A stretch of DNA of 63,802 nucleotides, counting the filler, from Reticulomyxa filosa (lineage: Eukaryota > Protista > Foraminifera): the NCBI GenBank assembly GCA_000512085.1. It is 16 parts of 16 records of this genome, joined end to end, with 100 filler letters (N's around TTAATTAATTAA, not from the genome) between each part and the next. Parts side by side here need not be neighbours in the genome. Positions count along the whole stretch, not along the records: positions 13,401 to 34,587 come from ASPP01005115.1; 15 more parts are not named here. The stretch is one strand, 5' to 3'. A program made the position numbers and the translations under genes. The notes under the pieces are model-generated. The model was not told the origin of the DNA. It was given only the letters and a program-made list of their open reading frames with translations, and did not search any database. The first letter of the stretch is position 1, and each line of letters starts with the position of its first letter. Positions 13,401 to 25,449 of the stretch are shown one piece after another.

Positions 13401-15990
13401 GAAAGAACAACAATAATGGCAACCAATCTCATTGAACCGCCAATTAAAATTTGTCGAATTGCCTTGGATAATGGTCATTGTTGAAAATTCTCAGCATTCA
13501 TCAACGTGCGTCGAAAGTGTGGTCCCTTCATTTGCAATGGTGACAAGAGCGGATTAACCTTGCATTACGTGTTTGCGCTTGAAAAGTCGAACAAAATCTT
13601 CAAAGCGCAATCACGTGACAATATGCATCTTGGTGCTGCCCGACACGAAAACAAATCTGCCAAGGAGGAAAAAAAAAAAAAGACGTCGATATCGTTTCCC
13701 ATTTTGTGCGATACTGTCACATTCTACAGCATCACAACAACAGCAGCGAAACTCTGGATTGACCGAACTACTCTTTTAATGTCGTGATTTAATTTGGTGG
13801 ATGATTTGTGCGAATGTCATCAACAAACAAGAAGAATAGGATGATAATGAGGAGGATGGCGGTGATGAAGAGAACAAAGATTATTCCGAGGCGAATATTT
13901 TTTTTTTTAAAAAAAAGATAATATGTCGATTTTATTGTTTCGTTATATAGAATGGCTCTTCACATCCACAAGTGGCGACGTTGCGCATTCTTCGACATGG
14001 ACGAATTCCACAATATCAAGTGCAGCCCATGTCTTTTATTTATTAGTCAATTGTTTCAAGACGTTGTGCTGGTGTTGTGTGTGTGTACTGATAGTTGGAT
14101 GCCGCTGCTATATTTCGGCGACTCTCTCTTGGAGTGACTTTTAAATCGTCAATACAAATGGCGCAGCAGCAGCATCGAAGGCTTTAGATATTGGCAATGT
14201 GTTAGTAGCGATGGCCCCCCCCCACACAATATTTTGTGTCGGCAGGTCGAACCTCTCTCTATCAAAAAACGTCGCTATGGTTACGAAATTGTTCGGTTTC
14301 CAAAAATCGAATCACTCGGATTCAAAAAGTGAAAGGGTCTGCCATTGACAAGACCGACACTCAAAGAAATGGTAGCTCTAGTGGATAAGAGCATTTCAAT
14401 GATACTTGCTTCCCTCCAAGTCGGCCCAATCATCCAAAATAACGGGAATACTTAATGGGAATCAAAGCGCACATTTGAACACAAGAATAAGAACTCAAGA
14501 GGAGTTGTCATTATTTGGTTGGTCATTTGTGCGTATATCCTCTTTCATGTTACCTGACGCTGTAATCTTGCCTTTGGGTCCATTGCTTGAAAAAGTTTTT
14601 GTTTTATGTGTACATATTTGATATATAACATCTTCATAACGTATATTCATTATTTATTTATATGTGTGAACTTTTGAATAGATCTTTAAAGGTATGCAAA
14701 TGGAAGTTGGCAAGTTGTTGCTGTTAATATTACTATTGATGCTAAAGTGAATCCCCAGCAAAAATGGTAATGGTAATAGCAACAGAATGCATCGATTATG
14801 GATCATGGTATTATGCTTTGAATATTGTATATCATTTGAAAAAAAAATCAAAGGTCCAAATCAGTGTAATGTGCTCATGATTGATTGTATTTCAAGTTAT
14901 AATATTTTTTTATAATGTGATTGGAAAAAATTTAAAATATTTATGATGGATACACACGTATACAACTAGATCTCAAAGAATACAACACGCATCAATCGAA
15001 CATTGGAAAGTGAATTGAAGTCAAATAATGTCAAGCTTATGGCATATCCGATTACAAGGATGACACTTGCCTCAAACTTTATTGTCTTTTGTTCTAATTG
15101 TAATTTCTTTTAATTTTTTTAATTGAAACATTTCTCCAGCTCACCGATATATTCATCAAATTATATTCACTGTGAAAAATTTCCAAATTTTCATATTTTA
15201 AATCTAAAAGAAAATTCAAATCGAGTCTATCTGCATATTTTCGTTTTCACTTGTGTCTTTGATAATATGCAATACTCTTCTATTGTTTAGAGTTAGTGCT
15301 ATTCTAAAAGAGCCACGCTTAAGCGTCGACCATAAGAAATAGTAATTGACTATTCCTGGCAAAAAAAAAACCTCGAGTACGATAAGAGAAAGAAAAGGTT
15401 AAGTAGATTCTGAATCCAATGAAGCCAATAAAGATAAAAATAGCGGTAATATCGGTGATTGGCAAGTTCTTTGGTCATGAAAATGTCAGAAATTCCAAAA
15501 AAGAAATATCTAAAAAACAAAATCGCTCATAGTTTTGCTTGACAATTGATTGTAATTGTTGCAAGAGAGAGTAAAACATTGCAGGCATTGGGCAGTGAAA
15601 ATTCATTCGCTTTTTGGTAGTTGGGTGCTCAAATCCTAACAAATGGTTGTGATGTGCATTAAAGTCATTTCTGTTCCAATTATATTATATGCTTTTACAG
15701 TAGAGCCAATCAATAATTTTTCAATTTGCAAATCCCAATGTTTCGATAATAGAGTTTGTCACCCACCACTCCTAGTCCCAAGTGCTGCGATTGCAAGTGT
15801 ATTTGATGTGTTCTTGACGTTTGCATGTCACAATTAATATACGAGAGCACATATTTTCTTCAGTGTTGTGACAATTGACGAGCAGCATCGAGTTTTTTTT
15901 CATTTCCTTCAAAGGCTTCAATACATGCACTACGATGCTGATTGACACATTTCACCATATCGATTTCAAAATTTTCTAACCTTGAAAAAA
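13401..15990 (+). repeat. Copy A (inverted relative to B and C) of a multi-kb mosaic repeat
   Basis: The reverse complement of 13401-15350 aligns by eye to 19546-21700 and 29960-32160. 15360-15520 aligns to 29720-29960, and 15530-15990 aligns to 27715-28120. Confidence 0.9.
15550..15990 (-). pseudogene. RluA/RluD-family pseudouridine synthase C-terminal fragment
   Basis: SYINCDMQTSRTHQIHLQSQHLGLGVVGDKLY (family consensus ..C.L.TGRTHQIR.H..H.G.P..GD.LY) and NAHHNHLLGFEHPTTKKRMNFHCPMP (LHA..L.F.HP......F.AP), interrupted by stops and a frameshift. Confidence 0.75.
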
Positions 15991-16929
15991 CTGAGCAAGC
16001 AGGATGACAAGGATTGGCAATATGTTTCACTCGATTATCCATTGTTTCAATCTTGTTTTGTTCATGTCATATGGCAGCGTGTTAATCGACATTTCCCATC
16101 GTTTTGTTTGCTGTTTTTCATTTGTGTATGTATGTATTGCAAAAAAATGCGATATCTGACAAGATTGGTCCTTTTGCAATACACAAGTGTCTGCAAATGA
16201 ATAGAATGGACTTATACAGCGTTGTAGCGATGCGGAGAGTGCTTGGGCAGGATTCTGCAGGTGACAACTCGATTGCTGCAGTACGAGTAATTGCACAAGT
16301 TGAAGAGTTGGTGCCACAAACTTGTTATTAGAGAACTGTGCATTGACTCCAAATAAGGGCATTTTTCCGCAAATGACAATTGGCCGGTCTTAAACACGTT
16401 TACATAAAACACGTCAATCACCGGCATATCTGAGCCAACAGTGCAATAACAAGCGCTGTGAGGGATAGCATTTCCGAAGAAATGTGGCAAACAAAAAAAG
16501 ATTTCTTTTTTAAAAAAAATAAAAACTGTGTGCACTCTTGATATTCCTTCAAAATCTCCAACAATCTTTGTCATACATGGCTGCATTGAGTACGTTTATG
16601 ACATATGGTGTAATGCCATTTAGATTGGTAGCACTCTGTTTTTTGTTGTTGTTTATCTCCCTCCATATTTGCAATATCAAGCAAAAAAAAAAATAAACTG
16701 TTTGTTTGCTATGTAAGTAGTCCATCCAAATCTCACAACACGGATGAAATTTGGTACAATGATGTCTTGTGTCTGCGAGCCAACAAATGTGATCCTTTTG
16801 GTGTATTGCGTCGTGACGCTTCATATCGTTTTCTTTCTTTTTATACTTTTGTTTTTTTTTCTCACTCCTACTCACTCTATCTCTATCTTTTTTAAGTTCC
16901 CTTAATGGTCCATCTTCTGTAACTCGCAA

Positions 16930-19545
16930 ACCTTTTCAGCAAGTAAAACTAAGCAATTCAAGCTAACAGTAAATAGAATAAAGCACCGGAAAAATCTTTC
17001 GGGTAAAATGACAACATTGCAAGCGAATAAAAACTCGGGCCAGAACAAAGGGGCCAAACGAGCGAAACAAACAATGTGGAAAGAGTAAACGGGAAAAAGT
17101 CCCCGAACAACACAAGCAGGAAAAAGACAATCACCAAAACAAAACGGATTGGATCGGTTGCATACGGACGAAAAATCGCAAAGAAAAGATGCAGAAGATA
17201 TACGTAAGTATATAACCGCATTGCAGAAAATGAAACATAAACCGAAGAAAGATAAGGAAAAAAACAAAGGAAGAAAATGAAATGATGTTTGACTTTAGCG
17301 CGATCAAAAACGCTCCAAAGGAAAGCAAAACAAAATGGAAAGACATATCCGGAACAAAAGATTGGAATCGTGACAGACACATCAGGATATGATTGTCCAT
17401 ATTGCACATTCGTGACACACTAGACGAAAAATATAACAAGATAAATGTGGAAATTCAACGAGAAAACACAAGGAAACAGGACTTGTAATGGATGGGATTG
17501 TACAAAAGTACAATTACAGCCAAAAATAATAAAAAACTAAGAGATTATGGAACACATAGTAAATGATTTCACCAAGTATATATGGGACGAAATAATAAAT
17601 GACGCAATGCAAAATAATTGGGATAGCGCAAGAAATAGAAGTTGACCAGGCACTACAAAGTTGCGACGCACAAAGAGTTGGATACGAGAAAAAATAAAAG
17701 CAAAGAAAGTGGAAATGAAAAACATTATGTAGTGGACGCGACAGAATACTTTGACAAGCAAAAGGATCCAAATTTTATATTTAAAAAACAAGATACTATA
17801 GACGAGACAGCGAAAATATATATGACAAACAAAACTTAATACTTGGAAAAGTAGATCAGATAATAATTGCGATAACAACATTGCAAATCCAGATGGCAGA
17901 AATCAAAGCAAATCAAATAACATTGATGAAAAGGGCATATTTAACTGAAAGACAATCAGAAGATATCCAATTCAAGCACATGAAACTATCAAAACAAATG
18001 AACGAAATAACATAAAATACTAGTGGAATGAAGGAAGCAATTCATGAAACGCAAATAAGTATACAAAGAATAGATGAAAACTCAAAGTACACAATAACGG
18101 AAATAAGAAGGCAGAAGGAAATGATACAAGGATGGCAAGACACATCGAAAAACAAGACGATGTAAAGGATAAAGCAAAGCAATAAGTAGAACAAAGAAGT
18201 GAAGACAATAAAGCAAAGTAAAGAATACCGCAATACAAAATAATAGTCAAGAAAGAAAAAATAGTTATGACAACAAAAAAGGCGGACAAGAAACGTATAG
18301 AATGAATATGAAACATTATACAACGATCCAAAGAATAATACATGATAGAAGAAAAAAGGAAATAAAAGAAGAAAATGAAGAAAAAGAATCCACACGAAAA
18401 GGGCAAAAATAATAATGAATTTAAGGATAACCAAATGCTGAAAGATAGAACAGATGAAATTATACCGTTCGGACACAATTTCAGTAACAAACAGAAACTA
18501 GAAGGAACAACAAACGAAGAAAGTAATAAGCTTAGAACGTTTCGAACCAAGAATTAGAGTGGATAACAGTAAAAATGGTCAAAGGAAATATATGGTAATA
18601 AAGGATTCAACTACGAATGACGCGACATTAATACGAAGAAACCTATTGCAAGCAAAAAATGATAGGAAAAATAGAAAATATTACAAGGATTGAATTCCGC
18701 AACACGTCAAAAATATAAACAAACAAGGATATGCTCATAAAAAGAATAGACAGAATACACGAACGAAATACAGAAGAACAGACACCAACAAGAAACTGAG
18801 AGATCCCTAGGAAAGGACACAAACGGAAAGACATCTCATAAGGATAGTAAATCGTATTAATGCAAAAGGACAGGCCGGCAATTGTAATGCATTTGGCAGA
18901 GATTTTGCAAAGTATGATTGGAAGAAAATTGTGGACCGGTGCAGCAAAAATGAATGGGAATACGCGAAGTCACAAGGATTTATGACCCACGACCAGTTGT
19001 TGGGAACGTATACTGATGAAGTGGAGGAGGAAAAACAAAGACAACGATTCTGTAGCGTTAGGCAATAAGTATGCGGATAAAGCAATCAATAAAGAAAAAG
19101 AGCGACGTAATGATTCAGGATTTAGGTTTAGGAATGATAAAGGTCAAACATTGAATGACACATATTGGATTGTGGAAGAGCCCCAAGTATCAACGCATGA
19201 GTTGGCGAGTTGGGAGCGAAAATCGCAGATGCAGGAAATGGTAACAGAGATGACGACGGATCATGCGGAAGCAAGAGGGAATCAAAACCTGGAAGAAATG
19301 ATTAGAGTAGTAACTAACGATATGACAGAGATGACAGTGCATAAAGCTGAAATGTTGGCTGCGCAAGAATAAAAATGGAAGTGTTAAAACATCATGCGGC
19401 ATCAGACCATTACCCAATAAAATGCAGATTTGAACAAAGTGAAACTGGAAATGTAAGTCCAAGGAGATTACATGTACCATATCACTGTAGGGTAAGTAAT
19501 GAAATTAAAACTGTACTTTCTGCAGAATCAATTCATATTTTGCAC
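16930..19545 (+). mobile_element. Probable decayed non-LTR retrotransposon (ORF1-like region + APE/EEP endonuclease), RT part missing
   Basis: Intronless, strongly A/G-biased, stop-riddled coding-like tract. Degenerate APE motifs occur in the correct order: IISLERFEP (~18525, cf. I.LQE), DATLIRRNL (~18620), FGRDFAKYDW (~18892, cf. GDFNA...W) and SDHYPIKCRF (19402). Confidence 0.5.
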
Positions 19546-22500
19546 AGTCGACGCTTAAGCGTCGCTCTTTTGGAGCACTTGATGTTTTTTTTTCTGGCAC
19601 CAACTCTAACCACATAAGAAGGGTCTATTGCATATTATCACATGAAATCCAATTATTGTTTTTTCAAAGATCAGATCTATCTGCATATTTGATTTTCTTT
19701 TAGATTAAAATACTAAAATCAGAAATATTCAGAAATTTTTTATAATGAACACAATTTGACAATATCAGGTAAGCTGGAGAAATGTCAAATTATTATTAAA
19801 AAAATCACAATTGGAATAAAAGACAACAAAATTTGAGACAAGTATCACACTTGCAATTGGATTGCCAAAAATTGGCATCATTTGACTTTACTTCACCTTT
19901 CTTGCTGGTACCGCAACCACCACTTTCCAATGTTCGATGGACACATGTTGTATTCTTTGAGACCTATTATATAGTGTGTATTTATCATACATGTTTCAAT
20001 TATTTTCCAATCACATTATAAAAATATTATAACTTGGAATACAAGTTGCGAAGCTCACCCTTTCAATCAATCATGAGCACATTACACGGATATGGACCTT
20101 CACATTTTTTTTTCCAAATTATTCGTTATGTAAAGAATAACACCTTGATCCATAATCAATGCACGCCGTTGCTAATACTATTATCATTATTGCCGGGTTC
20201 ACTTCATCAATGACAATATTAACAGCAACAACTTGCACACTTCCATTTGCACACTTTTAAAGATCTATTCAAGCAACACATAAATAATAAATACACGTTA
20301 TAAAGATGTTTTATGTTAAATACGTACACCAAAAAAAAAAACTTTTGAAGCAATGGACCCAATCACGAATTATAGCGTCAGGTCACAGGAAAGATACAAC
20401 CGCACAAATTACCAACGAAATAACTTGAACCCTTGTTGGGATGTGTGCGCTAGTTTCAATGATAATGCTTGTATCAAGTATTCCGTTTTTTGGAACAATC
20501 GAACTGACTTGAAGGAAGCTAGTATCACTGAAAGGCCCTTCCCTAGAGCTACCATTTCTTTGAATGACAGTCTTGTCAATGGCTGACCATTCCACTTTTC
20601 GAATTCAGATGATTCGGTTTTTGATAACCGAACAATTCGTTCGTATCCGCAGCGACGGTGTCTTTGAGGTGATAGAAGTAAGACGAAAAAAGAGAGAGGC
20701 GGGCTCCACTGCTGACATAAAATATTATTAAATATCCATTCAGCAGGGCCCAGCGCCACCAACACGTTGCAAATATCCAAACTTTTGTTTGTTCAGCAAA
20801 CAGAGCGACTTTTGAATCATCGACCCGTTTATCAATTGGTACGGCCTTGTTTTTGCAATAAATGCGCAATAACATTTGCCCTCTTCCGCACACATCACAG
20901 CTGTGGTATGAACATTGACTGTATTTTGTGGTCGTCGTCATTGTCGTCGTTGGCACTGCACTTGGCGTTGTTACATCCATCCAGCAGCTTCCATTGAGGG
21001 GGCACCGTGTAAAGTAATCCACGATAAGAATCGACAGAGTCGCTACTTGCGATTGTGAAGAACCATGACAAAGTAACAGTGGCAGACAATCTTTTTTTTC
21101 TTTTTAAAACAATTCCAACGACGATATAGTCTTGTAACCATCTTTTTCTAAATCCTCATCATCTTTTTATTTGCTAATGGTCTTGACTTGAGTATCGCAA
21201 AATTTAGTCCATCAAATTGGAGCCATAATAACATCGGGGGAATAGTCCCATGTGATAGTGGCTTACTCGACTGCCATATATGATGTCTTCTATAACGTCT
21301 GCATCCCCTTTTTTTTGTTGTCCATTTTTTCGATCAATCCAGCCGCTGCTATGTGACGATATCGTTTTTATTTTTCTGCGTGGCATTTTGAAGTCTTTCT
21401 TTCTGGACCTTGATGCTACCCAACGACGAAAGCAAGCTTACCAAGAAAAAAAATGTCCCAGTTCAATTGAGGACATCTTTCTTCAAATATTCCAATGCCA
21501 TCATCTGATGGATATTTTCAAAATACGAAGCTCATCCACTCTTGTCGCCCTTGTGATGAAGGGACACATATTGACATTGCATAATGGTTGCTCTTAGAAG
21601 TCTTTGCATCAATCACCACGCAACGCATTCATTCGACAACATTTGCATGGACGCTTCAATGATTGAGTGATGATATAATTCGTGTTTCTTTCTTCATTAT
21701 TAGGCGTATTTGTTCTTGACGTTCTTGAGTGCCATGGTTCAACGACTTTTGAGCGCACTACACGATTCACAATTTAAAAATCACATTGACTCGAATCCAA
21801 CTAAATTTGGCGACTTGCACTTCAATGTCCTCCGCGAACTGTGATAATGCAATCAATACAAAGTCTTGCGTCGCATCCAATACGACGCCGTCTGTAGATC
21901 ACAGTCGATCTGGAGGCCATCACTGCAAGAGTAGATTGCCTTGCTGTCTGTCGAATAAGTGGTACTGATCTTTGCCGAACTGAGGAGGCTCTCTATCTCT
22001 ATCTATCTCTTTTCACAATGATTAATGCTTATACCACTCCGCGATCTCACCATTTCTCCTATCAGCAGCACACAAACGACTAAAAAGCACAAGTTGCGAA
22101 TATGCGCACAGTCACGATTAATTTCGATACTAGTAGTTAGCGCTATTTTTATAACAATCGCGCTTCACTTGCTTGTTGAGACATGTAAATCGCAGCTAGA
22201 CTACCTCTTTGCGGATGATTGTTGGCTTGGCACAGCGCCAGAGACTTGATTGCACCTATGTTGATGGCTAGCAACTTCTTTTCAATTGTTCGGGTACTAC
22301 TGCAAGATTTTCACACTTCTTCATTTTCTTTGATTGGAGTGTTTTACGTGAAGGTAGTGAGTGTATGGAATACGAAGTTTCTACTCGTTGGCGTGAAGAT
22401 CCAGTGCATAACTACACAAGTAAATCTGGAATTTTTTTTTTTTTTTAACAGGTTCAACGCGATATAGTCTCGATTTTCTCTTTCTTTCTCTTCATCTTCA

Positions 22501-25330
22501 TCATTTTCTTCATGCTCATATTCCTCTTCTTTCCTTGTCAATGTGTTGACGGGTTTTCGCACAATTCCTTCAACAAGTTGAACCACTCGCACACGGAACA
22601 TTCTCTCAATGTATTGGTTTTCTCGATCGCTGTGAGTAATGTATTCACTAACAACGTAAATGTTTTTCTTCATTAACTTCCACTTATCCTTTGCGATACC
22701 ATTGTATGTATATTTTCTATTTTGCGCGTATCACTATCTCTTTCTTTTTGGCGGGCTTTCTTTCGTCTCATAGCACTAAGATCCAACTTTCCGGGACTGG
22801 TCTGGGAATCTTGTCCAACTGTTTCACGAGAGCGGATGGACTTCGTACTTGAAAAAACCACTTTCTTTTTGGTGAGAGACATGCTTTGAGCGGCATTTCC
22901 AGACATCCAATGTTTCGATTAGCGATTTGACGGTGGTAACATTTTTATTCTTTTTTTTCAGTCTTGGTCTTATTCGTTGCGATTCATCCTGTCAGCTTAT
23001 GCCAGGGTTAAAACCCAAAGTCGCGAAAGTGCGTACGCATACGACCAGTTTCGACACGATTGGTTATCGTCATTTTTCGAACTATGACCTGTAAATGCGG
23101 TCCAACGTTCTCTTTGCAGATAATTGTCGGTGTGGCAAAGCGCGAGAGACTTGATTGCACTTGTATTGATTCCAGTTGGTCCACGCCCATGAGTGCGACT
23201 TTGCATGTCTCCAGGTACGAAGAAAAATTCTATAGCAAAACTCAACAAGGCAATCTGACTGGTTTTTAAAAAAAAAAAATTCAAAGCGATACGTACTTGT
23301 CACGTTTTCTTCATCATCACCATAATCTTCTATTTTTTCTTGCTAGTGTCTTGGCGAGAGTTTCGCACAACTCCTCCACTGAATCGAGCCACTATCACAC
23401 TGAGTAATTCTCCCGACGTAGTCGTTTGCTCGATATCTATTCTTTATTTTTTAACAACGTCCAAACATCTTCTTCCTCGACTTCCACTTATTCGTAAGTC
23501 ATGTCGCTGCCGTCGTTGCGGACATCGCCATATTGATATCATTTCACGTTGAGTCTTTCTTCTTGCGAGATTGCTTTTGTATCGAACGGCGCCAATATCC
23601 AGATTGTTGTGATTTGTCTGGTAGAATTTTCCACAATGTTCTAGTGCCACCACATAATGACAGTCTCCAAATACGAAATTTATACGATCGCTACCCTTGT
23701 GATCAAGGACATACTTTGGCCTTGGGTAATACTTGTTATTGGCGTTCGCATATCGCAATGCGCCATTCACATGTTGAGGCGATCCATGAGTGAGTGCAGT
23801 ATTTTTTTTTCTTTTTCATTATTGTCTAATTTTTTTTTTTTCATCTTTTTCTTCTTTCTTTTTTCTTTTTTTCTTTTTTTCTTTTTTCACATTGTCTCTT
23901 TATTATTATTTTTTTTTTCTTTTTCATTTTTCAACATTTTTTACTTTCTTTTTTATTTTTCATTCTTCATTTTTTTTTTCATTTTTCTTAAATAAATTTT
24001 CAATATCACCCCCCACCACTTTATATACTTTCTTTTCCCCCCTTTTTCTAATTTCTTTTCCCCATCTTTAAAATTCATTTTCCCCCTTTCCAATTCATTT
24101 ACCCTTTTTTTAACAATTTTTCCCTCCCTTTTTTCTATTCCATTTTCTTTTCCCCCCAAATTTGAGCTACCCTCCAACCTCAATAAAAATGAAAAATAAA
24201 AATAAAAATAAAAAAAATAAAAACTTTTACAATCTTTTTTTGCATTGAGCCCTATTAAACACACATTCATAAATTGAAATAATTTTTCATTTTTTTAAAA
24301 AACAAAAACATACTTTTTGCATTGGAGCTAAAAGCTATCATTTCAATCACCTATTTTTTTTTTTTGTAACAGGGAGGAGCAAAAAATTTGTTTTGATGGG
24401 GGCATGCCTATTCACAACATACAAACATTTAATAAAAAAAATAAAAAATAAAAAAATAAAAAAATAAAAGATTCAAACTCTTTCATTTTTTTTTCAACGC
24501 CGGATGGCTTCAACCCCGAATTGTTCTTTGTAAGGAGTTTGGAGTGGGACGTATACAGTTGTTGTTTTTTTTGCAGACGGGTTACGGCTATCAATGAAAA
24601 AACAAACACAGTCAATTATGTCAAAAAAAAAAAAATATATATAACAAACCTTTAGTACTCCTTGCGGAGACGGAGGGCCTTACCCCATATTCAAGATATA
24701 TATTTTTTCTTTTGCTGAAGGATGCAAAGCATCCGCACAAAAAAATCATTATTTTTTTATCAAAGTGCTGAGTCTGTTAAAAAAAAACAAACACACTCTT
24801 TTAAGTTGCAAAATTATTTAAAAAATAGAATAAAGACTTACCAATGTTTTGCGAAGAGTGCAGATATCACCCTAATTACGAATTGGTACGAGAGGACACA
24901 ATAACAACAAAAAAGACCTTTTTTTTTCTTAAGTAAGACATAAATGCAAAACTAATTAATGTATAAAAAAGATGCAAATTTGCAATTTTTTAAAAATATT
25001 TTCACATTTTGATAAAATAACTTGAAAAAAAGAATTGTTAAAATTTTTGCATATTATTTCATTTTTGGTTCTACATTTGTGATTCTAAAAAACGGATTAA
25101 TTACAGATAATTGAATTAAAATTATTTTTTTGAATGAACACTTACTTTTTCTTAAGTAACGACTTTTCTCTGGAAGAGAAAAAGCTTCCCCTTTTCGAAA
25201 ATGTTCTCTTGAACATTACGAATGTGGTTTGGCTATCCTATCTTCAAACAATCTAACAATCCAAAAGTATTTAACATGGAGTTCGCTTCTCGAGGACTCC
25301 TTCTCCAATGCACTCCTCTGTAAAACTGCA
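19546..25330 (-). repeat. Copy B of the mosaic repeat
   Basis: Direct, colinear homology to 29970-34587, e.g. an identical run CACAGGAAAGATACAACCGCACAAATTACCAACGAAATAACTTGAACCCTTGTTGG at ~20384 and ~30788. The right end is homologous to 11936-12450. Confidence 0.9.
19800..23790 (-). pseudogene. Decayed multi-exon alpha-solenoid (HEAT/ARM-like) gene, copy in repeat B
   Basis: Frame-hopping helical amphipathic peptides shared with copies A and C, with many stops and indels; an intron-like AT tract at ~20267-20343. Family assignment is tentative. Confidence 0.4.
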
Positions 25331-25449
25331 ACATTTACCAAAAAAGAAGAGAGTCAGTGTAAACCCAAGACACTCAAAATGACAACACCATTCGAAAAAA
25401 AGGTGCTGTCATCGCGGCCTAAACAAATACGTTTTTCTATTGTGGTCTC

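Noticed and set aside
17131-19085. Numerous hydrophobic minus-strand ORFs that look like membrane proteins
   Set aside because: Shadow ORFs of the A-rich plus strand (T-rich codons give Phe/Leu/Ile).
24395-24414. GGGGGCATGCCTATTCA resembles the 3' end of 5.8S rRNA
   Set aside because: No other 5.8S conserved motif nearby and no ITS/LSU context.
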